Origin: a virus
DNA: 64,000 nucleotides
IMG/VR virus record: IMGVR_UViG_3300050821_003995
Span: 1-64,000 of that record
Strand: one strand, 5' to 3'
Positions 1 to 9,538 of the stretch are shown in pieces. Under the pieces are notes generated by a model. The model had not been told where the DNA came from, did not search any database, and worked only from the letters and a program-made list of their open reading frames with translations. The stretch's first letter is position 1. Each line of letters opens with the position of its first letter. The translations under genes were made by a program, and so were the position numbers.

Positions 1-517
1 ACGTGGCTGCCGGATTTGCCGGTTGGCTTTGCGGCGGCGTAGGCATTTGTGGTGCGGCCGTTGCAAACGGCGATGGCTGAGGAGATGCCATCACAGGGGT
101 GGGGGGTGTCACCGGCCCCGGATCAAACATTATTGGCGGGGTGGGTTGCCCCGGTGGTGAAACCGGACCAGGGTCAGACATTTGCACACCCCCAACTTGT
201 GTCGGGTTTGACACAGAGGCCGGGGAAGGGGGCGGCGAGTTTAAGAATGGCAGCGGAGCATTTTGGCTTGGCGTTGGGTTGGCACCTTGTTGCAAATTGT
301 CACGCCATCCCGGCACCGCAGATTGGGGTGGTGATGCAGGTGGAACAGAAGAATTTCCTTGGAGTTGAGCGTTGCCCAATTCACCCGCTGCTGGGTCAAG
401 TGTTGGCAATGACGAAAACGGGCTGCCCGTACCACCAGCCGACGACGGTGCCGTAGCGGCCGAAGCCGCACTGGCCGCGTTAGAGCCACTGGCTTGTATA
501 GGGTTGCCCAACGACAT
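1..517 (-). CDS. Pro/Ser/Gln-rich protein, partial (runs off window); candidate ejection/internal virion protein
   Basis: Manual translation from ATG at 517: MSLGNPIQASGSNAASAASAATAPSS...PQSQPANPAAT, open to the window edge; lies downstream of the tail genes. Confidence 0.6.
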   Translation of the reverse strand, partial: MSLGNPIQASGSNAASAASAATAPSSAGGTGSPFSSLPTLDPAAGELGNAQLQGNSSVPPASPPQSAVPGWRDNLQQGANPTPSQNAPLPFLNSPPPSPASVSNPTQVGGVQMSDPGPVSPPGQPTPPIMFDPGPVTPPTPVMASPQPSPFATAAPQMPTPPQSQPANPAAT

Positions 518-518
518 C

Positions 519-728
519 CTATTTCTGCCCCATCAAAGCCCGGATCATCATTGCCACGTTCGGGTTCCCGGCTAACGGATTGCTGCCATTCTGTTGTGGC
601 TGACTGAGATTGACACCGCCGCCCGTTGTCCCGGCCCCAAGGCGCCCCTGCCAATTGGGCAAGCGCCCGGTAAGCTGGTTGAATTGCTGGTTCGCGGGTG
701 GGGTACCTGCGCTTGGGCTAAGGATCAT
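519..728 (-). CDS. small Gly/Gln/Asn-rich virion-module protein
   Basis: 69 aa ORF coupled to the upstream stop (ATGA overlap); ends NVAMMIRALMGQK. Confidence 0.6.
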   Translation of the reverse strand: MILSPSAGTPPANQQFNQLTGRLPNWQGRLGAGTTGGGVNLSQPQQNGSNPLAGNPNVAMMIRALMGQK

Positions 729-1168
729 GACGCCGCTCGCTGTTCAAACTGGCACAATTGCTCCACACGCTCACGGAACATAACGAACCGCACGCCCGTG
801 TTACGCCGAATATCTTTATGCCCGTAAAAGCAGCGCTGGTGTCCTTCGAGGACAAAACCAAGCTTCTGCAACGCCCGCATGAGCCTGCGGCTTCGCTGGC
901 TCACCGTCACTGTAACACGGCTCACGTTGAATGTTGAGACTAAAATTCGCGCCAAGCATTTGATGATCCCTGGCGTCAAGGTTCCTGTGCCGTAGTAGCT
1001 GAGTTCCACATTAAAACCGTTCCAGCATTGGAACAAGACACCACCGGTCAATTGGTCATCGGTCATGATCCCAATGGCTTGATCGTATTTCATGCGTGGC
1101 GTCACATGCTTCGTGAACAGGTATTCGGCCACCTGACCGTCACAATGAAGAAGCAAACCCGTTTTCAT
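725..1168 (-). CDS. GNAT-family acetyltransferase-like protein of podovirus tail module
   Basis: GNAT C-terminal pattern (SRRLMRALQKLGFVLEGHQR); position after the nozzle gene is typical of P22/T7-like virion modules. Confidence 0.75.
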   Translation of the reverse strand: MKTGLLLHCDGQVAEYLFTKHVTPRMKYDQAIGIMTDDQLTGGVLFQCWNGFNVELSYYGTGTLTPGIIKCLARILVSTFNVSRVTVTVSQRSRRLMRALQKLGFVLEGHQRCFYGHKDIRRNTGVRFVMFRERVEQLCQFEQRAAS

Positions 1169-2818
1169 TTAGATAGCCCCGCCTGTTTCAAGAATTGAAT
1201 TGAAAGCATTGACCTGAAGCGTAATTGCCACGCCATTTGGTGTTCCATCGAAAGTGGCCGTGTCAAATACGGCCGAATCAAACAATGACACCCCTGAGGA
1301 AGGGGACACCGGCAACGTGGTATGTATTCGTGCCGCAAAGGCATGCCCTATGGCCTCCACGGTCAGCCATTGAGTGTAGTTCGTTGTGTTTGAGGGCCAC
1401 AGGGACACATCCCAAATAGCCGAATCCCAAAGCACACCCGTGGCATTGATGGACAAAGGCTGCGTGGCAGAAGATGTGCCAAAGTCAACATCAACCTCCA
1501 GCGCTGGCGTAATGGTGCCGTTGACGGTCAGCAGTGGCTGGATCATCGTCATACGCTTGACCTTCCCCGGCTCCTCAAACCAGTTGAAGGCACATTGCAT
1601 ATCTATGGTCACACCAACGCCACTATCCGAATAACCCGAATAACCCCTGATGACGAAGCCGTTGTTGTCACCCCAGTAAAGATTATCACCAAATATCTCA
1701 AAACAGTTGGCGTTCCATCCAGTAAAATGTGACCACGCGCCGGTCAATGTGTTCATGACAAATTGATCTTGGGCTTCGTTCTCAGCAAGCGGCACGTTTA
1801 GGATCAGCAATTGCTGAAGCGGGAAGGCCATCAATTGCCACCCGAAGAACGTGTTGCCTACCTGGGCAGCCTGAGCCATGGCATTTTGGATGCGTGCAGT
1901 GATTGCCACTGAGCGGTCGGCTGAAGGATCAAACGGCAGCGCCTGCGAAATTGGAAGAACACCCTGCTGCGTAATCAATGCAATATCTGAACCAATGCTG
2001 TAGGCGCAGCGCAGCCCCATGGGCGGCGCTAGGTTGAACACGCCAATCAGTGCCCACACACTTGAGTTCGTCGGATCAGTACCGGCGTATAGGGCAATTT
2101 GTCCACGGGAACTGACGAACGCCACGTAATCCTGCGGGCCATTGCCACCGTCAATGGTCCAATCCGTGACTGCAACAAGGTACCCACCCTTATTGAACAA
2201 CGGGCCAAAATCCTGAGTACCCGCAAGAGCACCTTGAATTGCTTGCGTAGCCAAAAAGCTGACAAGAGTAGAGTTCTTCCACACCAGCCAAATGCGCTGC
2301 TTCGCCGCATAAATGTTGATGGCTTGAGCGGTGGTGGTTATGCCTGAAGGGAACCCGGTAATGACAGGAACGCTCCACGCTGAGCCGTTCCATGACCGCA
2401 TTTGATCCACGCCATTCACGCAAAGCAGCACTGTATTCGCGCCCGCTGGCGTGAAATTGGTGTATTGCCAACGGCCGGACCCCAACCCGGTCACAACTGG
2501 GGTAGATAGCCCATAAGACGATACGTCAGAAATGGTAGTGCCGGCAGCAGCAAACATGGTTTCGCCGGTTGGCTGGCGGTACACCATGATGGTTTCAACC
2601 GGCGCCGTGGTGCTGGGGCGGCTCCACGGGTAGGAACCTTGCCGCACCTCTACATAGCCGGGGCGTGCCACCCAATTGACAAGAATGGGGGCGCGCTTGG
2701 GGTCCATCTCAGCCAATGGCGAAATGGCATCCCATCCATCCGTGGGTGCGGGTATGATCTTCGTTTCCACGTCAGGAGCAAGGAACGGGACCTTCGATAT
2801 CGTTTTGGTCTTCCTCAT
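1169..2818 (-). CDS. tail nozzle / packaged-DNA stabilisation protein (P22 gp10-like)
   Basis: 549 aa, beta-rich, C-terminal WDSAIWDVSLW motif; downstream of the adaptor gene. Confidence 0.75.
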   Translation of the reverse strand: MRKTKTISKVPFLAPDVETKIIPAPTDGWDAISPLAEMDPKRAPILVNWVARPGYVEVRQGSYPWSRPSTTAPVETIMVYRQPTGETMFAAAGTTISDVSSYGLSTPVVTGLGSGRWQYTNFTPAGANTVLLCVNGVDQMRSWNGSAWSVPVITGFPSGITTTAQAINIYAAKQRIWLVWKNSTLVSFLATQAIQGALAGTQDFGPLFNKGGYLVAVTDWTIDGGNGPQDYVAFVSSRGQIALYAGTDPTNSSVWALIGVFNLAPPMGLRCAYSIGSDIALITQQGVLPISQALPFDPSADRSVAITARIQNAMAQAAQVGNTFFGWQLMAFPLQQLLILNVPLAENEAQDQFVMNTLTGAWSHFTGWNANCFEIFGDNLYWGDNNGFVIRGYSGYSDSGVGVTIDMQCAFNWFEEPGKVKRMTMIQPLLTVNGTITPALEVDVDFGTSSATQPLSINATGVLWDSAIWDVSLWPSNTTNYTQWLTVEAIGHAFAARIHTTLPVSPSSGVSLFDSAVFDTATFDGTPNGVAITLQVNAFNSILETGGAI

Positions 2819-2991
2819 TCGCCACCGAACAGGGCTTTCACGCCTTCGGGGGGCACACCAAGCTTCGCAGCGTGTTCGCGGCTGTGCTTGAGTGAGTGCT
2901 TCTTGTCACCAGCCTTGAGAATAGGTTCGTGAATGGCAGCGTCCTGCTTCTTGCCATTTTCCTCGTAATAGAGCTCGTTACGGTCTGACAT
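2815..2991 (-). CDS. hypothetical protein (58 aa)
   Basis: Manual translation MSDRNELYYEENGKKQDAAIHEPILKAGD...LFGGE; overlaps both neighbours in coupled fashion. Confidence 0.6.
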   Translation of the reverse strand: MSDRNELYYEENGKKQDAAIHEPILKAGDKKHSLKHSREHAAKLGVPPEGVKALFGGE

Positions 2992-4309
2992 AAGCGTTGA
3001 ACCTGTCCATACTGGTGGGGTCCTTCAGATTCAGCTTACCATTCCATGAAGAATTCAGCAAAAGGTTCTTCCCAACCGTTTGCCCACCAGGGGCCATTGC
3101 CTTGATGTCTGAAATCGTCCACAACGCCTTTGGGTCACCACTATTGATTAGTGTTTGTACATGCTGACCTAATTCAGGATCAAGGCCACCCCTCAACATC
3201 CCACCAAGACGACCATTCATAAAGCGTTGCAGGGCCGGCATATCCCTTTCCTGAGGAAGAAAGCCATACTTGGCCCAGGCGTACCCACCCACGTCAATGT
3301 TGGCAAACAAGTCGGCCGATTTCAGCCCCAATTTGTTGTAAGTATCGATTTGATTACCAAGCAACTGTTTGGCAAGCCCGCTTCCCTGATCTGACTTCTC
3401 ATAGAATTTCAAATAGCCATGGTGCGCTTGCCCGGTATCCATGTTTATTTCACGGGCAATCTGGCCTATTTGATCGCCATTCTTATTGACTAACCCACCT
3501 TCAAATTCCAGCGAATTTGGGTCATAGAAACCTTTTCTGAATGTCATATAATCGGGGCTGTGCATCCCAGCAAAATACTGATTGGCAAATGTTTCTTCGT
3601 CCATGTGTGGGGCAATGTGTTTGTCAAATAGGGCATTGGCCGCGTTGCTGCCCCTAAGGAACCCAGCCGGGCGCGTGATAACAGATGGGGCACTTATCTC
3701 TGGTTGTGGGGCCTGCGGATTGTGCCCGGCAACGTCAAAAATGGATGCGCCTGGGTTCTGCTGCAATGCACGAATGATGTCGTCGTCATTCAACTTTGGT
3801 GGCGGGGCACCCCGCTCATTGCTCATATTCCATCTGGCAAATTCGGCATCATTCATAACCCGGCCTATCGGCCCTGGGGCCTGTGCGGGTGCTGTACGTC
3901 CAATGTTTGGCTGTGGGGCAAGCGTCGGGGGTTGACGCGCAACAACATGCGACGGATCAAGTGCTTGCCGAATGTTTTGTACGGTCATAAACGAATTAGG
4001 ATCGCCCGGTGGGTATAGATGTGGGAATAGATCACCCATTTCACGGCCGGGGCCGGGGCCGGGGCCGGGTGGGCTGGCAAGTACGTCATGGACCTGCTGC
4101 CTCACCGGGGGCAGTTGAGGCACAGGCCCCGTCGCAGGCTCAGGCGTGGCCCTGGGCGGCGTCCGTGGCAATGAAGCACCACCCCCACCCAACAGCAACG
4201 CATTGGCCGCGTCTATTTGCAGTATGGGGGGTGGCTTTGGGCCGGGGAAGCCATAGAGGTCATTACCTGCACCACTAAGTGCTTGAATAACTTCGGCAGG
4301 AGAAGGCAT
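2978..4309 (-). CDS. Pro-rich N-terminus plus C-terminal GNAT-like domain; candidate injected effector
   Basis: QGSGLAKQLL (acetyl-CoA-binding motif A-like) and ANIDVGGYAWAKYGF in the C-terminal half. Confidence 0.6.
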   Translation of the reverse strand: MPSPAEVIQALSGAGNDLYGFPGPKPPPILQIDAANALLLGGGGASLPRTPPRATPEPATGPVPQLPPVRQQVHDVLASPPGPGPGPGREMGDLFPHLYPPGDPNSFMTVQNIRQALDPSHVVARQPPTLAPQPNIGRTAPAQAPGPIGRVMNDAEFARWNMSNERGAPPPKLNDDDIIRALQQNPGASIFDVAGHNPQAPQPEISAPSVITRPAGFLRGSNAANALFDKHIAPHMDEETFANQYFAGMHSPDYMTFRKGFYDPNSLEFEGGLVNKNGDQIGQIAREINMDTGQAHHGYLKFYEKSDQGSGLAKQLLGNQIDTYNKLGLKSADLFANIDVGGYAWAKYGFLPQERDMPALQRFMNGRLGGMLRGGLDPELGQHVQTLINSGDPKALWTISDIKAMAPGGQTVGKNLLLNSSWNGKLNLKDPTSMDRFNAYVRP

Positions 4310-4324
4310 TGAAGAGCGCCCTCT

Positions 4325-5302
4325 CTAAACACCCTGATTAGGGCCTACTGGGCCAGGAAAGAAACCATCTTGCACGTTGGCGGGCGATACAAAAATTGGG
4401 TTCACCCTAGAAACAAGCGGAATGGTAGGCGCCGCACCGTCACGGGCAATCAACCGCTTCACATAATCGATCCAGCGGTTTTGCTGAGTGACGTAGCTGC
4501 CAAAACCCTTGGCCTCCCAGAACATCCATTTGATGCCCATGATGACTGCGTTTTCGTCCAGCAAACACGCATCGTCGTCATTGACAAAATACTGCGCGAA
4601 GGCGGCACCATCCGCCACGTTGCCGTGCACGGCCACTGCCGCGATGCTCAAATACTCAAACACAAGCTGCAATGGAGACACAATCTCAGAAGGAGCCGGC
4701 CATATTCTGAACGTGCTAGGGTACGGGCCAATCTTGCGGAAATGCCTACGCGGCCCGGTGGCCACAATGCCTGAGCGGTGCCATTGATCCAGTTGCGGGC
4801 TATCAGGCCCGATCAATTCCCACCGGTTGGTGCGGTCCCACATGGTCCTGTTGTTGAACCAATCAAAGTCAGGTGGCACCGGGTAGGTGTCACGCATGAA
4901 CAGGATAGTCTGCCCGGTCATCAGGGCAGTATTTGTGTTCTCCATATTCAAAGTGACTTGGGTAGCCGAATCCACTGTTTGAATTCGTGCCGCCACCGGG
5001 AGGCCCGGCCCTGACACTTGCCAATAGTTGGGTGCAAATGCAGCCGTGGACGGAATATTCTGAATGACCGCCGATTGTGACGGCAGATCGCCCGTGGTAC
5101 TGGTGGGCACTTGCACAATCAGGTCATATTCAAACTGAAGGGCCGTCCACCTGTTCATGCGCCTGAGTTCGTCAAGCACACGGTTGGCCAACGCCCCCAT
5201 CTGCGCATCGGTATTGGTGGCGGCAGCCGTATAGGCGCTGGTGCCTACAGGCAGGCCAAGTTCCAGCTCGGCCTTTTGCACCATCTGCAAAATTGACAGC
5301 AC
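4325..5302 (-). CDS. head-tail adaptor (tail tubular A / P22 gp4-like)
   Basis: GTG start; N-terminal helices LSILQMVQKAELELGL, YPVPPDF and RIWPAP motifs typical of phage adaptors; synteny. Confidence 0.7.
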   Translation of the reverse strand: MLSILQMVQKAELELGLPVGTSAYTAAATNTDAQMGALANRVLDELRRMNRWTALQFEYDLIVQVPTSTTGDLPSQSAVIQNIPSTAAFAPNYWQVSGPGLPVAARIQTVDSATQVTLNMENTNTALMTGQTILFMRDTYPVPPDFDWFNNRTMWDRTNRWELIGPDSPQLDQWHRSGIVATGPRRHFRKIGPYPSTFRIWPAPSEIVSPLQLVFEYLSIAAVAVHGNVADGAAFAQYFVNDDDACLLDENAVIMGIKWMFWEAKGFGSYVTQQNRWIDYVKRLIARDGAAPTIPLVSRVNPIFVSPANVQDGFFPGPVGPNQGV

Positions 5303-5605
5303 TTAAGGACTCACTGGGGCACTTGGCTGATTGAGGAGCTGCATAAGCCGGCTCATGTCGGGCTGCTGAGCCATACCTTGCTGCTGTTGGGCAAGCCCCT
5401 GATTTGGCATCGGCCCACCAAGTGGGCTATTCATGCCCTGACCCGGTGGGGGCTGCATTTGATTAGGGGGCGGTGGAAGCGCCCCCATACCCCCTGGGCT
5501 CTTCATCAGATTTTGGATGGTCAGCAATTGCTGAGGGTTGGGGGGAGGGGGTGGGGCACCCGCACCACCCTGCTTTAGGAGCTGTTGGAGAACCATTGGG
5601 TCCAT
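5303..5605 (-). CDS. Pro/Gln/Gly/Met-rich low-complexity protein
   Basis: MDPMVLQQLLKQGGAGAPPPPP; GAGG SD upstream. Confidence 0.6.
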   Translation of the reverse strand: MDPMVLQQLLKQGGAGAPPPPPNPQQLLTIQNLMKSPGGMGALPPPPNQMQPPPGQGMNSPLGGPMPNQGLAQQQQGMAQQPDMSRLMQLLNQPSAPVSP

Positions 5606-5613
5606 CGTGTGCC

Positions 5614-6420
5614 TCAATCGTTTAGACGCGCACGCTCACGCCTTGCCGGTTTGGCAGCAGCCTTTGGGGCTGCTTTCTTGGGTACCGGGCGCATGGCACG
5701 GCCGCTAGCGGCAATCTGTGCCTCTTGCGGGTCAAACTGCGCATGGGGCATGTGCGTGGGCCGCTCCATACCACCGGCCGCAGCAATATCCGCCTGCCGC
5801 AGCGTACCACCCTTGATCTGGTTCAGCAATTTGGTGACGGTGCTGTTGAGTTCGTTCACGTTGTGCTGAAGCTGAGCAATCTTCTGGTCACGTTCGTCCA
5901 GCTTCCTCTGAAACTCGGCGTGCTTGATGCCCTTCTCTGCCATCTTCAAGTATGACTGCGCCTGATTGACGTAGTTCTGGCAACCCATGCCAACATTCTC
6001 AATGGCGTTGCCGGAAAGATCGGCCAACTGCTCCACCGTGAAGATGTTACAGCCCTCAAGCAGGCCAACCACAGCCGGGTTGCCGGAAAAAAGGATGGAA
6101 ACTGGCGTACCGGAAGGCCGCTGCTCCATATTCTGCTGAAACTGCGCCCATTGCACCGGGAACCGCCGCTGATCACCCTGCGTCGCCGGCCGGTCAACCA
6201 CATTCAACCGTTCACCGGGGTTGCCAATCCGAACATACACAACATTATCGTAAATTGGGTGCCCCTGTTCCTGTGATTTTGCCGGATTGTGGCTTTTGTT
6301 CATATAAAAAATGGCATGCGTATTCTTGTCCTGGAAGTTGACGGTGCCAACCGTCTGCTCTGCGTTGTTCCAGTTGACCCCTTGCGGGCGGAAGGCCGGG
6401 CCATAATCTACATCACTCAT
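5614..6420 (-). CDS. phage head-module protein with C-terminal coiled coil
   Basis: 268 aa; IFTVEQLADLS motif, coiled coil, basic tail. Confidence 0.6.
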   Translation of the reverse strand: MSDVDYGPAFRPQGVNWNNAEQTVGTVNFQDKNTHAIFYMNKSHNPAKSQEQGHPIYDNVVYVRIGNPGERLNVVDRPATQGDQRRFPVQWAQFQQNMEQRPSGTPVSILFSGNPAVVGLLEGCNIFTVEQLADLSGNAIENVGMGCQNYVNQAQSYLKMAEKGIKHAEFQRKLDERDQKIAQLQHNVNELNSTVTKLLNQIKGGTLRQADIAAAGGMERPTHMPHAQFDPQEAQIAASGRAMRPVPKKAAPKAAAKPARRERARLND

Positions 6421-6432
6421 AGTGCTTCTCCT

Positions 6433-7833
6433 CTACGCAGCTACGCGCTGCCGGTGCTGATTGGCCAACGCCTGCAAGGGCATGACCATGCGTTCTACAA
6501 CTTCTTCCCAATCATACGGCTTCTTTTGAGTGAAAAGCCGCATGGTAGGATACCACGGCGTGTCGTCGCGGTCCATAAGCCAGCGCCAGCACGCATCGTA
6601 GCGGCTTAACAGCCACGTAGGCTTGCCCAAACCGCCTGCAACGTGCGCCACTGACGTATCCACACTGATCACAAGGTCAAGGCACTGGATCAAGGCTGCC
6701 GTGTCAAAGAAATCATATAGGTCACTGCCCCAATCGCCAATAGTCATGCCATCGGGGTGGAAGCGAAGCTGATCCCTGGGTGGCCCAAGCTGAAGGTTGA
6801 CCCATGAGATACCCGATATGGCCGCCAGCGGTGCAAACTGCTCCAGCCGCATTGACCGGCGCGCGTCAATGGACGTGGCTATGGGGTCCTGGTCCCTATT
6901 CATGCCGGCCCAGCAAATGCCCACCAGCAAGCCCTGGGGCAGCGCTGTGAGCCTTTCACGCCACACTGAGGCCCGGTGAGGGTCGTGAGGCAGGTAGGGT
7001 ACGTGGCCCGGCACCGTTTCAAGCGTGGTCTTCAGCACGCGGGGTACCGATAGCATGGCCGCGCACGCTTTAATTCCATAGGGGGGCTTCTCACCAAGCG
7101 TGACCACACCGTCCACGCCTTCAATTCCCTTCATCAAACGCGTCAAAGGATGCACCACCTCCAAAAATACCCTACCATGCCATTTGGCCTTGGCCAACTT
7201 GGCGTAACGGCAGAACTGAAGCACGTCACCCATGCCCTGCTCGCCGTAGATCAATAGAATATCGTCCGGGTGCTTGGCCTTTTCACCTTCCCAGTTAGGA
7301 AACGGGAAACCACGCGGCTTCATGGGCGCTTGGTTCCACCGGCACTCAAATTCTTGGAAGCCCTCCTCAAGCTGACCCAACATCAGCAACGCCATGGCTA
7401 GGCCGACGCGGGCATTATTGTAATCAGGCTTGATGCTGAGGGCCTTGCGGTAGGCTTCCAAAGCTTCCTTTGGCTTGCGCTGACGCATCAGCACATTGCC
7501 ACGGTTGTTCGGGGGTTCTGGTATCTTGTTGTTGCGGTTGGCGGCACGCTTGAAATCGTCCAGTGCCTGTTCCCATTTCTCCAGTTCCATATAGGCCGCG
7601 CCACGGTCGTTGTAGTAACCGCCATCGTCGGGCACCAGCCCTATGGCCTGATTGTAATTCAGCACCGCGTCAAACGGGTGCCCCAGCTTCAAAAGGGTGG
7701 ATGCACGGGAGGCCCACGCCGGGTGGAACTTTGGGTTTTCCAACAAAATGGCGTCAAACTGGGTCATGGCCAAAGGCAGGTTGCCTTTGATCTGGTTTTG
7801 GGTGGCTTTGGTAAAGAGATCAACAAAATCCAT
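6433..7833 (-). CDS. TPR-repeat glycosyltransferase (GT-B, GT9-like C-terminus)
   Basis: N-terminal TPRs; EQGMGDVLQFCRY and DLVISVDTSVAHVAGGLG motifs; AAGGAG SD before ATG 7833. Confidence 0.85.
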   Translation of the reverse strand: MDFVDLFTKATQNQIKGNLPLAMTQFDAILLENPKFHPAWASRASTLLKLGHPFDAVLNYNQAIGLVPDDGGYYNDRGAAYMELEKWEQALDDFKRAANRNNKIPEPPNNRGNVLMRQRKPKEALEAYRKALSIKPDYNNARVGLAMALLMLGQLEEGFQEFECRWNQAPMKPRGFPFPNWEGEKAKHPDDILLIYGEQGMGDVLQFCRYAKLAKAKWHGRVFLEVVHPLTRLMKGIEGVDGVVTLGEKPPYGIKACAAMLSVPRVLKTTLETVPGHVPYLPHDPHRASVWRERLTALPQGLLVGICWAGMNRDQDPIATSIDARRSMRLEQFAPLAAISGISWVNLQLGPPRDQLRFHPDGMTIGDWGSDLYDFFDTAALIQCLDLVISVDTSVAHVAGGLGKPTWLLSRYDACWRWLMDRDDTPWYPTMRLFTQKKPYDWEEVVERMVMPLQALANQHRQRVAA

Positions 7834-7864
7834 TGAACGCTCCTTGCAACATGGCACCAATAAG

Positions 7865-8209
7865 CTACCCGGTCAAAGGCGTTCTAAATTTACCGCCAGT
7901 TTCGATGTTGTAATCGTACCCATGGCTTTGAACTATCTTACCATCGATACCTGCTGTCGGGTGATAAATGCACCAACGGCCTTCGGCGTCAATAACCTTA
8001 ATGGCCATCGGCATCTCGTCAGGAAATTCGCCACCATGCTCCAAAGTTTTAAAAGTTAATGTAGAGCCATCCATCCCTTCATCCTGAGGGCGCATTTCTT
8101 CTGTCATTCTCTTAAAACGATGAGAACTGACAAGAACAGGCTGCTCAGCGGCTGAGAACGCCAATCTGTTAATTGCTGCTTCAACAGGGTCACGTTGCGT
8201 TTCACTCAT
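7865..8209 (-). CDS. hypothetical protein
   Basis: MSETQRDPV... with AGGAG SD. Confidence 0.55.
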   Translation of the reverse strand: MSETQRDPVEAAINRLAFSAAEQPVLVSSHRFKRMTEEMRPQDEGMDGSTLTFKTLEHGGEFPDEMPMAIKVIDAEGRWCIYHPTAGIDGKIVQSHGYDYNIETGGKFRTPLTG

Positions 8210-8232
8210 GAATAACTCCTCTGGTTGCATAC

Positions 8233-8269
8233 AAAGAAAAACCCTGCCGGGGGTGTGGCCCGGCAGGGG
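8233..8269 (-). terminator. intrinsic terminator after the capsid decoration gene
   Basis: CCCTGCCGGG/CCCGGCAGGG stem followed by TTTTTCTTT on the minus strand. Confidence 0.8.
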
Positions 8270-8278
8270 TAGCATGTT

Positions 8279-8857
8279 TTAGTTGGTCAAGCCAATCGTG
8301 GGCCAATTGAGGATGGCCGTGTTGGGGCCTGCCGTGGAGCCGGTGGCCTGAGATATGACCATGCCGGTGATGTTGTACGTGGTACCGGAACCACCACCGG
8401 ACGAGGACACCTGACCGGCAACGGTCGCGCTCGAGTGGAGCTGAGCATCCTTGGTGGTTGACGCCGCGCAACTCACGTTGGCAGCGTTGCCGGCACGTTG
8501 CAGCCAGAAGTACGAAGCGGTTTGGGTGCCGGAAGGAGCCGGGATACCCAAGGTGCCGCCAGGGCCACCAACCACACCGACAAAGTCTCCGGTGGGGGCA
8601 GTGGCAATGGTAGCGCCGCCAATTGGTGCAACGGACCAGGAGCCGGGCACTTCCGACACGATGCCCACCATGCCGGCCGACAGCGTTTGGCTGGCAGTGC
8701 AGTACACCCATGAGGAACCGTCCGTGCCCCAGGCAATTTCACCAGGGTAAAACGGCGGTGCGGGGTATTCGGGGGCCGACTTCGTGTCCAACAGGAATAC
8801 GGAGTTGATGTCAACACCCGACTGCACCGTAGTTGAGTAGATCACAGGGTTGGCCAT
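8279..8857 (-). CDS. capsid decoration / minor capsid protein
   Basis: Small-residue, beta-rich; GTDGSSWVY and YFWLQRAG motifs; strong SD; downstream of the major capsid gene. Confidence 0.65.
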   Translation of the reverse strand: MANPVIYSTTVQSGVDINSVFLLDTKSAPEYPAPPFYPGEIAWGTDGSSWVYCTASQTLSAGMVGIVSEVPGSWSVAPIGGATIATAPTGDFVGVVGGPGGTLGIPAPSGTQTASYFWLQRAGNAANVSCAASTTKDAQLHSSATVAGQVSSSGGGSGTTYNITGMVISQATGSTAGPNTAILNWPTIGLTN

Positions 8858-8910
8858 TATTGGCCTCCTCTACAAGGGTTGAAGTTCGTTGACGCTGCTT
8901 CCACTCTTCA

Positions 8911-8968
8911 GGCATTGGTTTGCCATGCGGTGGTTTACGCGGGTGGCGGGGCATTGGTTTGCCCCGCC
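8911..8968 (-). repeat. three tandem hairpins with AAACCA loops in the 5' UTR of the decoration gene
   Basis: GGCAAACCAATGCC twice (8911-8924; within 8945-8968) plus GCGTAAACCACCGC (8927-8940). Confidence 0.6.
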
Positions 8969-9086
8969 TAGAATTGGAGCCAAGCCCATTTAACGCCTAG
9001 CTGGGCATGTGTTTCGGCTAGGGCTTGGCATTTTATTGGGGTTGATCTTGAGTGCCCACAAGCAATATCCCAATAAAAAGATCGAG

Positions 9087-9446
9087 TTATGCCGTCAGAA
9101 TCGACATCCAGGCTTTGGCCTTGTACTGGACGAAACACGCACCCTTGTGGGTGGCAAGGCTCAGGCCAGTAGTACCAGCGACCGTATTGAGCGTATGCCC
9201 AACCGGCACGTAAACGATGCCTGTCGAACCCGACGAGTTAAAGACCCAGCACGGTGTGCCCTGATCGACATTCGGCAAAATGATGCCATCAGCACCAGTT
9301 GCCGTCATCTCGATCATCTTGGAATTGACCGTTGCTGCGTTGGCTTGGGTAGAACCAGCGGCAGCAACAAGCGACGGGGCATAGCCAAGCAGCCCGGCCA
9401 AGTTGTAGGGCATACTCGCGCCCATCAGATCAGTTTGCAAAGCCAT
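9087..9446 (-). CDS. small structural (head-associated) protein
   Basis: AAAGSTQANAA and VYVPVGHTLN motifs; capsid operon position. Confidence 0.6.
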   Translation of the reverse strand: MALQTDLMGASMPYNLAGLLGYAPSLVAAAGSTQANAATVNSKMIEMTATGADGIILPNVDQGTPCWVFNSSGSTGIVYVPVGHTLNTVAGTTGLSLATHKGACFVQYKAKAWMSILTA

Positions 9447-9538
9447 CGGTTGTTACTCCTCTCGTTCGTTCCAATCGAAGACGATGTTACTCGTAGTAGC
9501 ACCGCCGCAATTGGTTTCACGACGGGAACTGGGAGAGC

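Noticed and set aside
4045-4069. (GGGGCC)n repeat
   Set aside because: Encodes a short PG repeat in a Pro-rich linker.
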